The translations under genes and the position numbers were made by a program. Shown here piece by piece: positions 39,249-48,806 of a stretch of 64,000 nucleotides of DNA. The notes under the pieces were generated by a model. It saw only the letters and a list, made by a program, of their open reading frames with translations. It did not search any database and was not told where the DNA came from. The stretch is from an uncultured virus (IMG/VR IMGVR_UViG_3300037466_002408) (lineage: Duplodnaviria; Heunggongvirae; Uroviricota; Caudoviricetes): the IMG/VR virus record IMGVR_UViG_3300037466_002408. One strand, given 5' to 3'. Position 1 is the first letter of the stretch. Every line of letters starts with the position of its first letter.

Positions 39249-39751
39249 ATCAACTCCGAAAATAATTGCTCAGACATAACAACGAACCGGCGACCATCTT
39301 TATTCTCGATGATTAAGATGCCATGCTCTTTTCCGCCACGACGAGCGTCTGTCTGAACCTTGTCGAACTCTTCCACCTTGATCGTTGGATTAGTTACATT
39401 AGACTGTAGTTTGGTGTCGATTGCAAGGGACTCTGTGTGAAGGTCGCCGTCCCTGTTTGCTCGGCCAGAATTGAGCGTCTGTTTGACCTTCTGCTCGACC
39501 TTATTAGCCCGCTTGAGTAGTTTGACCTTCTCTTTGTCCTTGGTAGCTTTTTGAGCGCGCTTCTCGGCTTTTCTCTCAGCCTTTTTTGCGTCCTTACGAG
39601 CCTGATTTTCGGCCAAAACCTGAGGGTGTTTAATCTTACGATCATAGGGAAGGTAGGAGTCGTCACCGACTCCCCCGTTTCCCTTGGCGAATTTACAATT
39701 CCAACAATCTTCTCCAAAGACCGCACAATTGTTAGAGACTTCGCAAGACAT
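39245..39751 (-). CDS. PD-(D/E)XK nuclease / resolvase-like protein
   Basis: SGRANRDGD..IDTK; N-terminal Cys cluster. Confidence 0.55.
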   Translation of the reverse strand: MSCEVSNNCAVFGEDCWNCKFAKGNGGVGDDSYLPYDRKIKHPQVLAENQARKDAKKAERKAEKRAQKATKDKEKVKLLKRANKVEQKVKQTLNSGRANRDGDLHTESLAIDTKLQSNVTNPTIKVEEFDKVQTDARRGGKEHGILIIENKDGRRFVVMSEQLFSELI

Positions 39752-39752
39752 A

Positions 39753-40964
39753 TTACTCGTCGTTCTTCAATAGGAACTTGGGTGAAACCACCTTGAAGGA
39801 AACAAGGCCAGCATTTAGGTCGCTGAGGTTGTAATCGGTGTCCATTGAATGAAGGCGGTAGACAAGTCCCTCTCGCTCTGTCTTGTTGTTGTAGACAGAC
39901 TTACCCTCTGACATTTTCACCAACTCATCAATGGTATGGTCTAGGACAAAACTACCATCAAGAATCGGCACGAAATCAAGCTCCATCTGCGCCACCATTT
40001 CAGTTGCCTCATCCAAAGGCAGATACATACCGGCATCAGTGTGGTAAGCCTGGAATACAAATAGACGCTTCTTGTCGAAGTTATACTTGTTGCCCTGAAT
40101 GCCAGGACCGCACATTTCACCCTGAATAGCAATGTTATCGACGCCGAGTGAGCGCATCTTCTTTTCTAGGTCTAGCTCAATCGCCAAATCCCAAAACTTA
40201 GAATCAACACCTTGCTCAATATCAACTAGCTCTAGCAGAGCGCCGAAGAACTTATCGCGGATAACATCAATCCACTTCTTAGGCAGCGGTAGCTTGCTGA
40301 ATTCATACTCAGCCTTCTTCACCTTACCACGTAGCTTGAACTTGTTAATTAGGTCATTCCATAGGCCCTGACCAGGACGCGCAAGTTCATAATTGCGCGA
40401 GCAAACGCCGAATCGGCCGTTGTGCAAAAACGCCGTGAAAGAAGACCCATCCATCTTCTCGGTGACATAGAAAGTCCGGCCACGATACTTATTAATCAGC
40501 TTTTGAAGAATCTGAATGCGAGTCTCATCGGTCTTATGGACAAACTCAGGGAATCGCTTCGGCTGCTTCTTCTTGAATTGTTGTAGAGCCTTGGGCAGCT
40601 TGGACTTCTGCTTGACCGTATCCTGATAAGGCTCGTACTTCTTAATGCCGAGGACGTTAGTCACGTCATCGCCTTCCTTATAATTGCCCTCTGGCAAAAT
40701 AGACATGGGGAAGCAAATGCCCTGAGACACCTGACCGCGCATCTTCTGAGTCTTAATGCGGAACTTCTTAGGGCGAAGGAATTCAAACTCAGGACGCTCA
40801 GGCATCAATGAGTCGATTTCGCAATAGACAACCTTAGACCCTACCTCAAATTCTCCCTTTTTTACCACAACATTCCATCCAAGTACCTTCGCTACTTCGA
40901 TATTGTCAGCGCCTTCAATGGGATTAATTTCAGTAACAACTTGAATACTCGCCAACTTACGCAC
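39753..40964 (-). CDS. RNA ligase (DRB0094 family)
   Basis: MRKLASI OB-like N-terminus, KTDETRIQ, TEKMDGSS, QGEMCGPGIQGN, REGLV, SFKV. Confidence 0.9.
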   Translation of the reverse strand: MRKLASIQVVTEINPIEGADNIEVAKVLGWNVVVKKGEFEVGSKVVYCEIDSLMPERPEFEFLRPKKFRIKTQKMRGQVSQGICFPMSILPEGNYKEGDDVTNVLGIKKYEPYQDTVKQKSKLPKALQQFKKKQPKRFPEFVHKTDETRIQILQKLINKYRGRTFYVTEKMDGSSFTAFLHNGRFGVCSRNYELARPGQGLWNDLINKFKLRGKVKKAEYEFSKLPLPKKWIDVIRDKFFGALLELVDIEQGVDSKFWDLAIELDLEKKMRSLGVDNIAIQGEMCGPGIQGNKYNFDKKRLFVFQAYHTDAGMYLPLDEATEMVAQMELDFVPILDGSFVLDHTIDELVKMSEGKSVYNNKTEREGLVYRLHSMDTDYNLSDLNAGLVSFKVVSPKFLLKNDE

Positions 40965-41361
40965 TATGTTCCTCCAAGTAAGAAATCATTTTTTTGAAAA
41001 TATCAATATTTTCTTTTGACAAACCTAATACAACATTGCAATTATGGCACAGCAAACCACGCACCTTCCCTGTTTCATGACAATGATCTACATGTAATCG
41101 TTGTTTATCTTTTTCTCCATGTTTGGTATTGCAAATCAAGCACACATAGTTTTGTTGCTCTAGTAATGTATAATATTCATCCATACCTATACCGTACTGG
41201 TATCTGAAATTATATTCTCTCTGTTTCTCAAGAGGGATAGGGTTGGCTTCTCTGAATTTTTTGCGCCTAGCGGTTATTTCTACTTTGTTCTTCTCGTACC
41301 ATTCTGCTTTGTATTTTCTTCGTGTTTCTGATGTTTCATAATTCGGATCTTTTGAAGGCAT
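40957..41361 (-). CDS. endonuclease VII-like homing endonuclease
   Basis: CLIC, LHVDHCHETGKVRGLLCHNCN. Confidence 0.88.
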   Translation of the reverse strand: MPSKDPNYETSETRRKYKAEWYEKNKVEITARRKKFREANPIPLEKQREYNFRYQYGIGMDEYYTLLEQQNYVCLICNTKHGEKDKQRLHVDHCHETGKVRGLLCHNCNVVLGLSKENIDIFKKMISYLEEHSA

Positions 41362-41768
41362 CAGTCCTCGCAAAGCTTGCAATACACAGCAGAGCCGGTA
41401 GAGTAGAAAGTCAGAGTGGCTTCAATGTAGCCACCAGGATGAACCTTACGCTTGCCCTCAAGAGCCTCGGTTAGAATCTTGTTGCGGTCGTGAGTGACCT
41501 TGAAGCGGTAAACTCCGTCTTCGTCCTCAAATTCGGCGTAATCAACAGCACGGGTGCTAGTGGTGCGAATCAGTTTCATATTGGTCTTGAATACCATATT
41601 ATCTACGATTTCAATTTTCCCGTGATTGTAATAACCAATATTCCTAAAATAGAATCTGCCAGTGGGAACTAGCTTCCTTGGGAACGCACCGTTTTCGCCC
41701 TTTTCCCAAGCTCGAATTTCAACCTTGCCAATTTGCCACTTCTGCGGAACTACCTTAATAATTTCCAT
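41361..41768 (-). CDS. hypothetical protein
   Basis: Coupled stop/start with neighbours. Confidence 0.55.
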   Translation of the reverse strand: MEIIKVVPQKWQIGKVEIRAWEKGENGAFPRKLVPTGRFYFRNIGYYNHGKIEIVDNMVFKTNMKLIRTTSTRAVDYAEFEDEDGVYRFKVTHDRNKILTEALEGKRKVHPGGYIEATLTFYSTGSAVYCKLCED

Positions 41769-42172
41769 TACTCTGTGAACTCCTTCATTTCTGTATTCAA
41801 ACTTGATAGGATTGTTTTTAGGGCCGAAAGTTTGCCCTCTAATGCTCTGAGATATCCGGCAACCAAATCCCGAGCGTATCTGTCTGTGGCAGAATTACCG
41901 TCAAGCTTGGCCTTGGCCTTATCTGATTTCAGTTCTCTTGCTACATCATCTACAGCTTCACTCTTGGTGATTCTGTAGGTCATTTCCGCCCGAGCAACAA
42001 GCCTGGTCATTTCCTTGATGTATTGGAACGTGGAACTAATTTGAGCCCTAACCAGGCGAGGATCTTCCTTCTCAATTCTCTCGTCAAGATTCTTGCTGAC
42101 ATTCGTTAGAAGCTCCCTGTTACTGTTAAGTAGTTCGTTTGACTTAATCAGATTGAGAATTTCAGAGTCCAT
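41768..42172 (-). CDS. helical hypothetical protein (possibly UvsY-like)
   Basis: Coiled-coil pattern; functional resemblance weak. Confidence 0.4.
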   Translation of the reverse strand: MDSEILNLIKSNELLNSNRELLTNVSKNLDERIEKEDPRLVRAQISSTFQYIKEMTRLVARAEMTYRITKSEAVDDVARELKSDKAKAKLDGNSATDRYARDLVAGYLRALEGKLSALKTILSSLNTEMKEFTE

Positions 42173-42395
42173 AATTAAACTCGTCCTCACAAACGAGAGA
42201 GCCTACAACAGCCTTGGAGTCAGAACAAAGTCGAACCACATGCATTTCAGGCAGGTTACTTACGCCGCTATAAATTCGCCGGAACATCAATACCTCGGCC
42301 AAAAGCTTTGACGCATACAAAACAACAAAGTCGTGACCAGCTTGAGTCCAGCCATTATCAGTACGGGCGATTAGAGCTAGATAATTGTCGTGCAT
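42162..42395 (-). CDS. hypothetical protein (paralog of upstream gene)
   Basis: NYLALIA..FVVLYAS. Confidence 0.55.
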   Translation of the reverse strand: MHDNYLALIARTDNGWTQAGHDFVVLYASKLLAEVLMFRRIYSGVSNLPEMHVVRLCSDSKAVVGSLVCEDEFNYGL

Positions 42396-42640
42396 TCAAA
42401 TTCTTCCTTTGTTACAAGTGTGCCAATTCTACAGTGGTCAGGGTCTACTTTGACAATTTGAAATCCTGGATGACTTCTTGCTTGTCCAGGCCAATTTTGA
42501 AAACCTTCCCATAAATGTTCAAAATATCGCTTGGTCATAAAATCCAGCGTTGATGAATACAGCACCACAAACACTTTTGGGTAATATTTTGTCTGAACAC
42601 TGACATTTGCAATAAGAGCGTAGTAATTTTTCTCGCGCAT
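42377..42640 (-). CDS. hypothetical protein
   Basis: NYYALIA..FVVLYSS; downstream of a GACTCT promoter. Confidence 0.55.
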   Translation of the reverse strand: MREKNYYALIANVSVQTKYYPKVFVVLYSSTLDFMTKRYFEHLWEGFQNWPGQARSHPGFQIVKVDPDHCRIGTLVTKEEFECTTII

Positions 42641-42680
42641 TTTCCACCATAAAGAAAGGGACCAGCCGAAGCTGATCCCC

Positions 42681-42710
42681 ATCATGCTATTAACCAAGAG
42701 TCCCGGTCAA
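42681..42710 (-). promoter_or_regulatory. sigma70-type promoter with GACTCT box
   Basis: TTGACC-gggactcttggttaatag-CATGAT. Confidence 0.65.
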
Positions 42711-44201
42711 TTACTCTTCTTTCTTGGCCGGTTTTGCCTTGGGCTTCTTCTCTACCTTGTCCTTGACCTCGTTTCCGAGTCCGGTGGCACCACCAATCAA
42801 CTCAGCTTTCTTGGCCTCAAACTCAGTGTCAAACACTGACTCCACTTGCTCGCCAGTCTCAAAGTTGATGCCAATGAGTTTATCGACGGGAGCAAGGCCG
42901 TTGTTGGTGACTGTGACCCACATCTTGCCAGCATCATCGTTGGGCACGTCCTTGAGGTTGAGAATGTCACGAACCTCGTTAGGCGTGGTGCCGAAGCGAG
43001 CGATGGCGTTGACGACCTCAATTGATTCCTTCATTGAGAACTTATCGAGGACACCGGGCTCAACACGAACGTCCTTCCACTCTAGAATGCGGCGGAAAAG
43101 TTTGTTGTTGATGGTGCCGCAAATAGACTTGTGAATATGGTTGATAGTGTTGATTTTGAAAGCCTTCTCTTCTGAGGCAATAACTTCCTGGTTGGCCTGA
43201 CCGGCAGCAGAGCGCACACCAGCCATTGAAAGAGGAACGCCAGCGGAGAAAAGAATGTTGTCGCGATCAGAGTTCGAAAGGTTTGAGAAATCAAAGTCTT
43301 TGAATTTGTTGCCGTCCTTGATTAGCTCAATTCCGCCCTCTAGCAACATCACAGCACCGAAGTTCTCAGGCTTGGTGTAGAGATCGTGGAGTACAGCGCG
43401 GTTGCGGTCAGCCACATCGGCGTCAGCGTCCATCTTGAAAATCGCGCCACCAACATAACCCTCTTCAAACCAAGAGGCCAGAGCCTTCTTAGAATTGATT
43501 GAAGTGGCAATTTGTAGAAGCTGAGCGAAATAACGCGGCTTACCATATAGGAATGACTTGGCATTGGCGCGCTTGAAGTGAATAATCTCATCCTCTTCAA
43601 ACACACGGGGGCCGTTAACGTCAATCTGCACATACATCATATGTAGCATATTGCCAGCATCAAAATAAGGAATGACGCGCATTGTCTCAGGAGGAAGCGT
43701 GTAGATGGAGTGAATATCACCCTTACGGTCACGGATAATTTGCCAATACGCATTGCCATAACCCTCATAGTCATAGAAGGTCTGGAAGGCGAAATCATAG
43801 CCGTTCTGATGAGGATTGGGGAATTCAAAGATATCCTTTAGATCAGCAAGTTGCTTCTCACGGGCATCTTTCTTGTACTTGGCAACCTCATTGGTGAAAA
43901 AACGCCACAAAGGAGTTGTTGAAGCACAAGCAGCAGCAACCACATTGAGCCCCAAATCAACCCAATTACATTCCTCAATAACAGAAGTCATTAGACTTAG
44001 AGGATGGGCAAACGGAACCGCAGCACCGGGATATGAGTAATTATCGCGAGGAAGAATTTGCACTTCCTTCACTTGAGGACGAGTGGTGACAGCGGTGGCC
44101 TCAGTGTTGATATCGCGCTGAATATCCTCGACAAAGGTTCGCTCGGGGAACTGTTTAAGTTCCTCTTCGATAATCTTTTGAATATTAATCTCTTTGGGCA
44201 T
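42711..44201 (-). CDS. portal protein
   Basis: PNPHQ, YGNAYWQIIRD, EIIHFK, YGKP, GVPLSMAG, TPNEVRDILNL. Confidence 0.92.
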   Translation of the reverse strand: MPKEINIQKIIEEELKQFPERTFVEDIQRDINTEATAVTTRPQVKEVQILPRDNYSYPGAAVPFAHPLSLMTSVIEECNWVDLGLNVVAAACASTTPLWRFFTNEVAKYKKDAREKQLADLKDIFEFPNPHQNGYDFAFQTFYDYEGYGNAYWQIIRDRKGDIHSIYTLPPETMRVIPYFDAGNMLHMMYVQIDVNGPRVFEEDEIIHFKRANAKSFLYGKPRYFAQLLQIATSINSKKALASWFEEGYVGGAIFKMDADADVADRNRAVLHDLYTKPENFGAVMLLEGGIELIKDGNKFKDFDFSNLSNSDRDNILFSAGVPLSMAGVRSAAGQANQEVIASEEKAFKINTINHIHKSICGTINNKLFRRILEWKDVRVEPGVLDKFSMKESIEVVNAIARFGTTPNEVRDILNLKDVPNDDAGKMWVTVTNNGLAPVDKLIGINFETGEQVESVFDTEFEAKKAELIGGATGLGNEVKDKVEKKPKAKPAKKEE

Positions 44202-44203
44202 TT

Positions 44204-44746
44204 TTATCTCCTGGTCTTTTCAACAATACCGAACTCTTTTGTTGTGTTCAACACTTTGATATTTTTATCTGGGTGGTTTAGTCGTGCAAATTCACCATGT
44301 ATAATTCTAGCGATTTGGTCATAAGCCATACTTGCTGTTAACTCATCGTTGAAAAGCCCTATGTGCGCCTTTTTACCATTAAGTTTTATCCCGCACTGGA
44401 ATTTCTTATGCCTACTAGAAAAACTAACGCCTTTATATATTGAAGTCAATCCGTGGCTCGGTTTACCCATATTTCTGGCGTTGCCGCTAAAATCACAAAT
44501 CCTTAAGTTGTCTCTTGTGTTGTTTAGCCTATTGCCGTCTATATGATCAACCAAACAACTCTCATTAAGAACATTCAATATCTGCCTGTGAAGGCGCACT
44601 CTTACCGGAACACCCTCTTCTTGAGATTTTCTTGTTCGATAAACATACCCTTTTTTATCTAGCATCCAATTGTGTTTGGAAATTTCACTATAATCAGCAT
44701 CACTAACTGTAAATTCTGTGCCGTTAGTTGTCATTATTTTTTTCAT
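44204..44746 (-). CDS. HNH-AP2 homing endonuclease
   Basis: LHRQI, VDHIDGNRLNNTRDNLR, SIYKGV, AYD..HGEFARLN. Confidence 0.9.
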   Translation of the reverse strand: MKKIMTTNGTEFTVSDADYSEISKHNWMLDKKGYVYRTRKSQEEGVPVRVRLHRQILNVLNESCLVDHIDGNRLNNTRDNLRICDFSGNARNMGKPSHGLTSIYKGVSFSSRHKKFQCGIKLNGKKAHIGLFNDELTASMAYDQIARIIHGEFARLNHPDKNIKVLNTTKEFGIVEKTRR

Positions 44747-46210
44747 TTATCTTCTCGGGACAATGATGTGAAAGCCGGGGTCAACAATACGTTTATTTCT
44801 ACCTGAGTAAGCACAGATGAACATTGAAGGCCAGTCGTCGTGATTTTGGCGATTACCTTGAGCGGCAATTCTGCCAGTAACAGGATTCAAGCCAAGGTTG
44901 GCGAATTCCTTGATGCACTCTTGAATTTCAGGAATGCGGAACCCTTCTTGCTCCATCTTGGCTCGTAGGTGTGAATACTCTTGAGCCTTTGATGTTGGTG
45001 TAAATTTGAAAGGATTCAGGATACCAGCAACCGGAGTTCTCTTTAGGTAATCATAAATTGCCAAACCGAAAGCACCAGTGGCATCAAACGTCAATCTCTT
45101 GGCACCAACAAATTGAGCAAGGCGACTAACAAAAGGAATCTGAACTGATAGGTCTGTGTCCTTGGGGAACTTCTTGTAGGCAATCAGCTTCCAGATATCA
45201 TCCTTGGTTACGCCAAAAACGCCAACAATAGAACCGTCACCAGTCAAAGCAGCGTCCCATCCCATATAGATTCCATTAGGATAGAGTTGACGCAATTCAT
45301 TCTTACGAGTCTTATCCTCAGGTAACTTATCTTCGCCGTATTCCTCGACAGGACCGAGGTGCATGGGCTGAACCGGATTTGCCGAGTTATCAACCACCTT
45401 CTCCATCATGAAATCATAAGGGAAAAGAGCGTGATCGGTATCGTCTAGGAATTCACATTCGTACTCTTGGAGAAACTGTTTGGGATGAAATAGTTTTCGC
45501 AGAGCATCAATTTCCGCAGCGACGTGAGGCACGTCTGACCAGTGGACTCTAATGATTCTATCTGGTTGCGGTCCAGTGATGTTACCTTCGTCGTCCTTCT
45601 TGGGATTACAAAGGTCATAGAACATATTGTCTTTGCCTTTGGGCGTTGAGATAACATTTAGGTTGTAACCCTTTGTAATTGTAGGAACGAGAGCTTCCCA
45701 GATTTCGTTTGATTCTTTGCGATTCTTGACGCCGAACTCGTCAAGGTTAACGTCGCCTGTGAAACCACGACAAGTTTCAGGGTTGAAGGGTAGCGAGACA
45801 ATTTCAACGCCGTTCGCGAGAATGAGGATAGTTTCGGTTTCCTTCTGAAATTCCGGCCTCATAAAATCAGGCATGGAATTGAAGTAGCCCTTAATGTCTC
45901 GCAACACCTTCATTGACTGGTTGATACCAGCCGAGGCAATTAGAATCTGTGGAACCTTTTTGAAGTAAGCTCTTTGAACACCCTTGCCTTTAATTGATGT
46001 GGTAAATCCAGACTGACGACACTTATAAACCACAGTCACCTTCTCTGAAGGCTTCTGTAGGTTCATGAATTCGATTTGCTTCTGATATAGCTTCTGACGT
46101 TGGTGCGTAATCGGATCTTCAAATACATTAGTGAAGCGGTAGCAGAAGCCAGCCGCGTCATTATAGTATCTGTCGTGAAGTTGTGCGATTGGGTCTTTGT
46201 TAGTCCTCAT
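44747..46210 (-). CDS. terL: terminase large subunit
   Basis: KCRQSGFTT, RGFTG.VNLDEF, ISTPKG, QEYECEF, GWDAA, DATG, HDD. Confidence 0.92.
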   Translation of the reverse strand: MRTNKDPIAQLHDRYYNDAAGFCYRFTNVFEDPITHQRQKLYQKQIEFMNLQKPSEKVTVVYKCRQSGFTTSIKGKGVQRAYFKKVPQILIASAGINQSMKVLRDIKGYFNSMPDFMRPEFQKETETILILANGVEIVSLPFNPETCRGFTGDVNLDEFGVKNRKESNEIWEALVPTITKGYNLNVISTPKGKDNMFYDLCNPKKDDEGNITGPQPDRIIRVHWSDVPHVAAEIDALRKLFHPKQFLQEYECEFLDDTDHALFPYDFMMEKVVDNSANPVQPMHLGPVEEYGEDKLPEDKTRKNELRQLYPNGIYMGWDAALTGDGSIVGVFGVTKDDIWKLIAYKKFPKDTDLSVQIPFVSRLAQFVGAKRLTFDATGAFGLAIYDYLKRTPVAGILNPFKFTPTSKAQEYSHLRAKMEQEGFRIPEIQECIKEFANLGLNPVTGRIAAQGNRQNHDDWPSMFICAYSGRNKRIVDPGFHIIVPRR

Positions 46211-46625
46211 CAGAAACCACCAGTATGCCGTTAGCGAAGAATGGATTCCCGTTCACTGTCATTATTTGGCCCCATTTACGCTTACGGTAGAGAACGTTGA
46301 TATCACGGATTCTTTCAAGGTCAAAACCAGTCTGCTTATCGCCAACACGAAGAATGTCGCCAACTTCCAAATCCTTAGTTTTCTTTGGGCCGTAAAAAGT
46401 GATTAGTTCCTGTTCAGGCGTAGCCACAATCTTCTTTGTCAGAGAGGCTTTGATTTGATAGAATTCCTCAAAATCGCCACCAAAAGTAACGAAAGCTATT
46501 CCATCAAATCGCATCAAGCCAGTGTCGTCAGGATAAGCAATCTTGTCAGTGATTCGAAGGTCTTTGAGGGCAACTTCGCCACGGTCAGTAAGAATCTTGC
46601 TTTCTGCACAAATCATCTTACTCAT
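46200..46625 (-). CDS. stand-alone Hint (intein-fold) domain protein lacking catalytic residues
   Basis: SKILTDRG..LKDL..DKI (block A), ATPEQ (block B), KDLEVGD, FFANGILV (block G). Confidence 0.75.
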   Translation of the reverse strand: MSKMICAESKILTDRGEVALKDLRITDKIAYPDDTGLMRFDGIAFVTFGGDFEEFYQIKASLTKKIVATPEQELITFYGPKKTKDLEVGDILRVGDKQTGFDLERIRDINVLYRKRKWGQIMTVNGNPFFANGILVVSDED

Positions 46626-47271
46626 TGACTTCCTCGGCTTGTACATCAATAGTGGGGAATCTGAAATCGTCATCCTCTAAGAACTCTTCAAAGTTCTTGT
46701 ATTGCTTGCCTGAAGTCTCCTTGGCGTGATTGAGAATAAGAACCGTCAAATCGCGCTTACCAACATCCTCTTCCTTCTTATCAACAAGTTTATCAAGACG
46801 GTCAGAATGCTTGAGCAGCATATCGTTAAGAGTCGAGAGAGATAAACCGTCCAAATCGCTGTTGGCAATTTTCTTCATTAGCGCATTGTACATTTCCTCG
46901 ACAACGCGCTTCTGCTTTCGGATTCTATCGTTCTTGTCTGACACACCTTCTTTGATGGTGTACTCATTGAGAGCGCGAGCAAAGTGAGGAAGTTTCAGCC
47001 ATTCCTCAATAGTGCTTAGATTGACCATCAACCTATCAGACACTTCCTTCTGCGTGTAACCACTGGCAATAAGAAGGGCAGCATCCTTTTGCTCTGGCGA
47101 TAATTGAGCTTGAGTTTCAAGCTGAGCCTTGGCTTGAATTTGAAGGGCGAGTTTTTCAGCCTCCTTCTTCAGCTTGTTCTTCTCTTCCTCAATAATCTTT
47201 TTTCTGGTTTTTGCGTCAATATTGACTTCCTTTTCGTCCTTTTTGGGACGCTTTTTGTTGTTTTCGGCCAT
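46618..47271 (-). CDS. putative terminase small subunit
   Basis: HTH LSPEQKDAALLIASGYTQKEVS..TIEEW..F; upstream of terL. Confidence 0.65.
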   Translation of the reverse strand: MAENNKKRPKKDEKEVNIDAKTRKKIIEEEKNKLKKEAEKLALQIQAKAQLETQAQLSPEQKDAALLIASGYTQKEVSDRLMVNLSTIEEWLKLPHFARALNEYTIKEGVSDKNDRIRKQKRVVEEMYNALMKKIANSDLDGLSLSTLNDMLLKHSDRLDKLVDKKEEDVGKRDLTVLILNHAKETSGKQYKNFEEFLEDDDFRFPTIDVQAEEVNE

Positions 47272-47292
47272 AAATATCCCCTTTTTAATTAT

Positions 47293-48384
47293 TTAAGTTA
47301 AAAGGGTTTTCTCAAAGAACGCAATTCGCTCTTGATTAACGTCCTTTAGGTTGTAGTTGTTCTTTACTGCCGTATAAGCTTTAATGCCAGTGATACGACG
47401 GTACTCAGGAAGGTCAATGAGAGAAGCAAGTTTTCTGCACCAATCCTGCGTCTTGTTCTTCTTTGTTAGAACATTGCCGTGGATAGATACCTCATTGAAT
47501 CTCTGGTAAGGTGCAGCAGGAGAGCAAAGAGTAGGAATGCCCCAAATGCCGTACTCAAGACACTTTAATTCAGATTTGCCGTCATTAAACTTATTGAGCT
47601 TAACAGGAGCAAGGCCGATATCAGCGTGACTAGGAATGTTATAGAATTCGTCAATCGGAACGTGAGGAATGTAGATTTTCTGCTCGTCTTTGATTGTGAA
47701 CATATCTAGAAACTCTTTATTGCCGCAAAGAGCAAAGACGGCATCGGGTCGAGAGTCAAACACTTGGCGGATTTCTCGGCAAATCTCATCGAGAGAATCC
47801 AAGTGAGTGCTTGAACCTGCCCACATCACTACGGTTTTATCCGTAGGTAGTTTTGCTCGCAGATAGTTCTCGTTAGAAAACTTGGGGTCGTCACAATCAA
47901 TTGCATTTCTAAAGACATGAATGTTCCGGTTAAGGTGCTTGTAAGCGTCCACAAGTTCAGGAGTAGAAACGAATAGAGCATCGACCATGCGAACTGCCGC
48001 TGAGAACGCCTTAACGGCCTGCCCGCCCTTCTTCCAAACATTGTACGCAGGAGAAAATGTAGATACATTAAATAGATCATCATCCACGTCCATAAAAATC
48101 TTCTTGCCGTATTTCTGCAAAGCCATCAATACAGCCAAAAGTGCAGGGTCAGCTACGCGCTGAACAATCACGGCATCAAATTGTGCCAAGAAGGCAGCGC
48201 ACATATTTGCATTTTGAATTAGGTTAAGTTGGTCCAGAACCATATGAAACTCCAGACCAGGAATGTCCATTTCGGACAGCTTGGTGTACGGGTCAATGAT
48301 GCGGTATCTGCCACAAGCCCATAGATCACTCGGTAGTACAGCAATCTTTTTCTTTTTACTCGTCGTCAAAATCGCCGCCTCCAA
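47293..48384 (-). CDS. glycosyltransferase (GT-B fold, GT4-like)
   Basis: CGRYR, DVDDDL, VST, WAGSSTH, DIGLAP..FNDGKSELKCLEY. Confidence 0.85.
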   Translation of the reverse strand: MEAAILTTSKKKKIAVLPSDLWACGRYRIIDPYTKLSEMDIPGLEFHMVLDQLNLIQNANMCAAFLAQFDAVIVQRVADPALLAVLMALQKYGKKIFMDVDDDLFNVSTFSPAYNVWKKGGQAVKAFSAAVRMVDALFVSTPELVDAYKHLNRNIHVFRNAIDCDDPKFSNENYLRAKLPTDKTVVMWAGSSTHLDSLDEICREIRQVFDSRPDAVFALCGNKEFLDMFTIKDEQKIYIPHVPIDEFYNIPSHADIGLAPVKLNKFNDGKSELKCLEYGIWGIPTLCSPAAPYQRFNEVSIHGNVLTKKNKTQDWCRKLASLIDLPEYRRITGIKAYTAVKNNYNLKDVNQERIAFFEKTLLT

Positions 48385-48805
48385 AATTCAAATCCTGCTC
48401 ATAACCCTCAACCATATTGTAAGGGTCACTAGCATCTTGACCGTGATTCTTCACATCTTCATTATCGTAAATGATGTGTCCAACCTTGTACTCGTACTCA
48501 CGGAAATACATTTCGTGATACTCGCAATGAATTCCGCGCTCTCTTGATTCTTGTGCAGAATCATTTAGCCATGACTTGTTTTCCTCAAGCCACTTTAGAG
48601 CTTCTTCCTTCTGTTTCTTCTCTCGCGGAGTCCGAGCCTTCATTTCGTTGTATTCGTGCTTCAACTCTTCGTAGATATTCTTGCGCTTCTTGGACTGGCC
48701 CTCACGGGGCTGCTTGGTGCGAGCCCGACGACGTTCCCGCATTAGGGCGATGGTTTCTGGCGAGTGCTTACGACGCTTACGCTTTGGTTTTTCTTGGTTA
48801 TCCAT
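48356..48805 (-). CDS. hypothetical protein with NUMOD3-like basic motif
   Basis: RKHSPETIALMRE. Confidence 0.5.
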   Translation of the reverse strand: MDNQEKPKRKRRKHSPETIALMRERRRARTKQPREGQSKKRKNIYEELKHEYNEMKARTPREKKQKEEALKWLEENKSWLNDSAQESRERGIHCEYHEMYFREYEYKVGHIIYDNEDVKNHGQDASDPYNMVEGYEQDLNFGGGDFDDE

Positions 48806-48806
48806 G

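Noticed and set aside
44747..46210. Inactive terminase because Walker A reads RQSGFTT, or an intein inside TerL
   Set aside because: K.RQ.G(F/x)(S/T) variants are normal in this terminase group; TerL is uninterrupted and the Hint ORF is in another frame
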